Part shown: positions 61,832 through 64,000 of the stretch, piece after piece
Numbering within the stretch: position 1 is the first letter of the stretch
Layout of the letters: each line of letters begins with the position of its first letter
Origin: an uncultured Alphaproteobacteria bacterium
GTDB taxonomy: Bacteria; Pseudomonadota; Alphaproteobacteria; HIMB59; GCA-002718135
Direction: 5' to 3'
Assembly: GCA_902597795.1 (NCBI GenBank)
Contig: CACJZA010000002.1
Span: 51,732-115,731 of the forward strand
Length of the DNA: 64,000 bases
Position numbers and translations under genes: made by a program
The notes under the pieces: generated by a model
Databases searched by the model: none
Seen by the model: the letters and a program-made list of their open reading frames with translations, nothing else
Told to the model about the DNA's origin: nothing

Positions 61832-63634
61832 ATGATTGTTAATTTTGACGAGTTTAATAGCATACCGGGTATATTTTATCATCAAGCAAATAATTTAAAA
61901 GATCAACCATATTTATGGAAGAAAGAGAATGATAAATATGTTTCTTTAAGTTGGTCACAAGTAAAAGAACAAGTTGAAAGTTTAGCAACATACTTAAAAG
62001 ATCTGGGTATTTTAGAAGGAGATAGAATATTAATTTTATCTGAAAATAGACCTGAATGGCAAATCACTGATTTAGCAATAATGTCCATCGGAGCAATTTC
62101 AGTACCTGCTTATACAACAAGCACAACTAATGACTATAAATATATTATTGAGCATTCTGGTGCTAGATGTGCCATCGTATCGTCACACGAGTTAATGAAA
62201 AAAGTTCTACCTGCAATAGAAAAAATTTCACATTGTCAAAATGTAATAAAAATTAATGATGATAATGAAACTTATACCGAAGTCGTAAATATTTTATCTT
62301 ACAATAAAATTATAAATGATAATTTAGAAAAAAGTAAAAATTCTAATAAAATAGAAGAGTTAACAAAAAATTTTAAAAGAAAAGATACAGCATGTATTAT
62401 TTATACATCGGGTACTGGAGGTAATCCTAAGGGAGTGATGCTAAGTCATGGAGCTATGCTAAGAAACTGTGCTTCCTGTGATAAATTACTTGAGAGTCTT
62501 ACTAGTGATTTAACAAAAGAAATTAGATATTTATCATGGTTACCTTTATCTCATTCATATGAGCATACTTTACAATTTTTAGAAATGGGGCAAGGCGCAC
62601 AAATCTATTACGCTGAAAGTATAGATAAATTATTGGTAAATATGGCTGAGGCAGCACCACATTTTATGACAGCTGTTCCAAGGTTTTATGACTCTTTACA
62701 CACACGTATTTCACAAGGTCTAAAAAACCAAAGTAAATTAAGTCAACGCTTCTTTGCAATTACATTGAATCTAGGAAAGAAAAAATATTTTGGTGAGCAA
62801 ATGAATTTCTCTGAAAGATTTATGAATGGATTGATGGATAGGATAGTAAGAAAAAAAGTTAAGAAAAGATTTGGCGGAAGTCTCAGAGCATTGATATCGG
62901 GAGGCGCAGCACTAAATTTTGAAGTTGGATTATACCTAAGCGCCCTTGGCCTTCCATTACTTCAAGGCTACGGACAAACTGAAACTGCTCCTGTTATTTC
63001 TGCAAACCCTCCTGAAAAAATTAAATTAGATACTGTTGGAAAAGTTCTTCAAGGAAATGAAGTGAAAATTTCTGAAGATGGAGAAATTTTAGCTCGTGGC
63101 GAACTAATTATGAATGGTTATTGGAATGATCCTGAGTCAACTAATAAAACTATAATTGATGGGTGGGTTCATACAGGTGATATTGGTGAATTTGATGAAG
63201 AAGATTATTTAAAAATAACGGATAGGAAAAAAGATATTATTGTAAACGCTGGTGGAGATAATATTTCTCCTTCAAGAATAGAGGCAAAACTCGATATTGA
63301 GCCTGAAATAGCGCAATCAATGTTATATGGAGATTTCAAAAATTACCTAGTTGCAATCCTGGTACCCAATAAAGATTTAGCTTTAGAATGGGCAAAAGAA
63401 AATAATTTTGAGGGTGATTTAAATAAAATAATTCAGGATTCTTCATTTAATAAAAAAATGAAAGAAGTTGTAGATAAAGTCAATAAAAGCCTTTCTAGTA
63501 TTGAACAAATAAGAAAATTTATTCTCATTGATCACGAGTTTACAATTGAAAACAATATGATGACGCCTTCCATGAAAGTAAGAAGATTTAAAGTAAAAGA
63601 GATGTATGGAGAGAATTTAGAAAAACTATATTAA
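61832..63634 (+). CDS. Long-chain acyl-CoA synthetase (AMP-forming)
   Basis: IIYTSGTGGNPKGVMLSH AMP-binding motif, GYGQTE, HTGDIG, and ITDRKKD. Confidence 0.85.
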   Translation: MIVNFDEFNSIPGIFYHQANNLKDQPYLWKKENDKYVSLSWSQVKEQVESLATYLKDLGILEGDRILILSENRPEWQITDLAIMSIGAISVPAYTTSTTNDYKYIIEHSGARCAIVSSHELMKKVLPAIEKISHCQNVIKINDDNETYTEVVNILSYNKIINDNLEKSKNSNKIEELTKNFKRKDTACIIYTSGTGGNPKGVMLSHGAMLRNCASCDKLLESLTSDLTKEIRYLSWLPLSHSYEHTLQFLEMGQGAQIYYAESIDKLLVNMAEAAPHFMTAVPRFYDSLHTRISQGLKNQSKLSQRFFAITLNLGKKKYFGEQMNFSERFMNGLMDRIVRKKVKKRFGGSLRALISGGAALNFEVGLYLSALGLPLLQGYGQTETAPVISANPPEKIKLDTVGKVLQGNEVKISEDGEILARGELIMNGYWNDPESTNKTIIDGWVHTGDIGEFDEEDYLKITDRKKDIIVNAGGDNISPSRIEAKLDIEPEIAQSMLYGDFKNYLVAILVPNKDLALEWAKENNFEGDLNKIIQDSSFNKKMKEVVDKVNKSLSSIEQIRKFILIDHEFTIENNMMTPSMKVRRFKVKEMYGENLEKLY

Positions 63635-63921
63635 GTTTTTCTTTTATCAAACTTTTCTTTTTGTTCAGGAGAGATTTCTTTTTGAAATTTTGTTTTCCAC
63701 TCTGAGTAAGGCATGCCATAGATCATTTCTCGTGCTTCATCATATGAAATAGAAATATTTTTTTTCTCTGCAGCACTAACATACCATTTTGAAAGACAGT
63801 TTCTGCAAAAACCTGATAAATTCATTAAATCAATATTTTGCACATCTGTTCTGTTTTTTAAATGATGAATCAATCTTTCAGCAACATCAGCAAGTAAATC
63901 TCTATCAAAGTTTTTGGTCAT
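63631..63921 (-). CDS. DUF1244 protein
   Basis: 96 aa; GFCRNCLSKWY......ISYDEARE.IYGMPY.EWK matches DUF1244 from memory. Confidence 0.68.
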   Translation of the reverse strand: MTKNFDRDLLADVAERLIHHLKNRTDVQNIDLMNLSGFCRNCLSKWYVSAAEKKNISISYDEAREMIYGMPYSEWKTKFQKEISPEQKEKFDKRKT

Positions 63922-63974
63922 ATTACGTAAATAAATTATATAAATCTTTTTTTGTGATATATATATAATAATTA

Positions 63975-64000
63975 ATGAAACGTAACAGAAAAGCTAAAAT
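63975..64000 (+). CDS. pyk: Possible 5' end of pyruvate kinase (only 8 codons in window)
   Basis: The ATG at 63975 gives MKRNRKAK.., which resembles the alphaproteobacterial Pyk N-terminus M.RNRK.KI.ATLGP. I recall DUF1244 sitting next to pykA in rhizobia. Far too short to be sure. Confidence 0.3.

Noticed and set aside
1-64000. Window-wide look for CRISPR-like spaced repeats, IS-type terminal inverted repeats, rRNA, toxin-antitoxin pairs or defence-island gene combinations
   Set aside because: None seen by eye. Every interval longer than about 60 nt is accounted for by a conserved gene or a divergent promoter spacer. A computational repeat search could still reveal short dispersed repeats that I cannot detect manually.

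Overview
Very AT-rich, extremely gene-dense chromosomal segment: by my tally of spacers only about 1.4 kb of 64 kb is non-coding. Gene content and micro-synteny point to a streamlined alphaproteobacterium of the SAR11/Pelagibacterales type. That assignment is an inference from class I LysRS, split PntAA/PntAB/PntB, a bolA | J-domain-cobS-cobT locus, DUF4167-prmC-prfA, a COQ9-like gene divergent from rpsU and an ELM1-like gene. No database search was possible.

I call 68 protein-coding genes, including three absent from the ORF track: a truncated dnaG at the left edge, a 41-aa rpmJ and a 42-codon membrane ORF. I also call one tRNA-Val(GAC) and a possible first 26 nt of pyk at the right edge. 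Most genes are core housekeeping:
- Nucleotide and amino-acid metabolism: carAB, pyrD, guaC, argJ, lysC, aroKB.
- Translation and protein processing: greA, prfA-prmC, hisS, lysK, def, rpsU, rpmB, rpmJ.
- Isoprenoid and quinone metabolism: ispA, ispG, ubiG.
- Other: trxB, secA, accA, tgt, pntAA/AB/B, ctaA, pfk, pepF.

I found no rRNA, CRISPR array, transposase, integrase, phage gene or recognisable defence gene. I cannot point to a convincing novel system; this looks like an ordinary core-genome region.

The observations most worth a second look:
1. The architecture of convergent gene ends: all 14 convergent junctions have <=10 nt of spacer, and six share one palindromic TTAA as stop codon for both strands.
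2. The J-domain/CobS-like/CobT-like locus with no cobN in view.
3. A UXS + GT2 + polytopic membrane protein cluster beside tRNA-Val.
4. A tgt with an atypical substrate loop next to a YhhQ-type transporter.
5. An unannotated small membrane ORF coupled to a 589-aa exported protein.
6. pfk (and probably pyk) in a SAR11-like background.

All functional calls rest on motifs I recognise by eye from the translations. None was verified by search.
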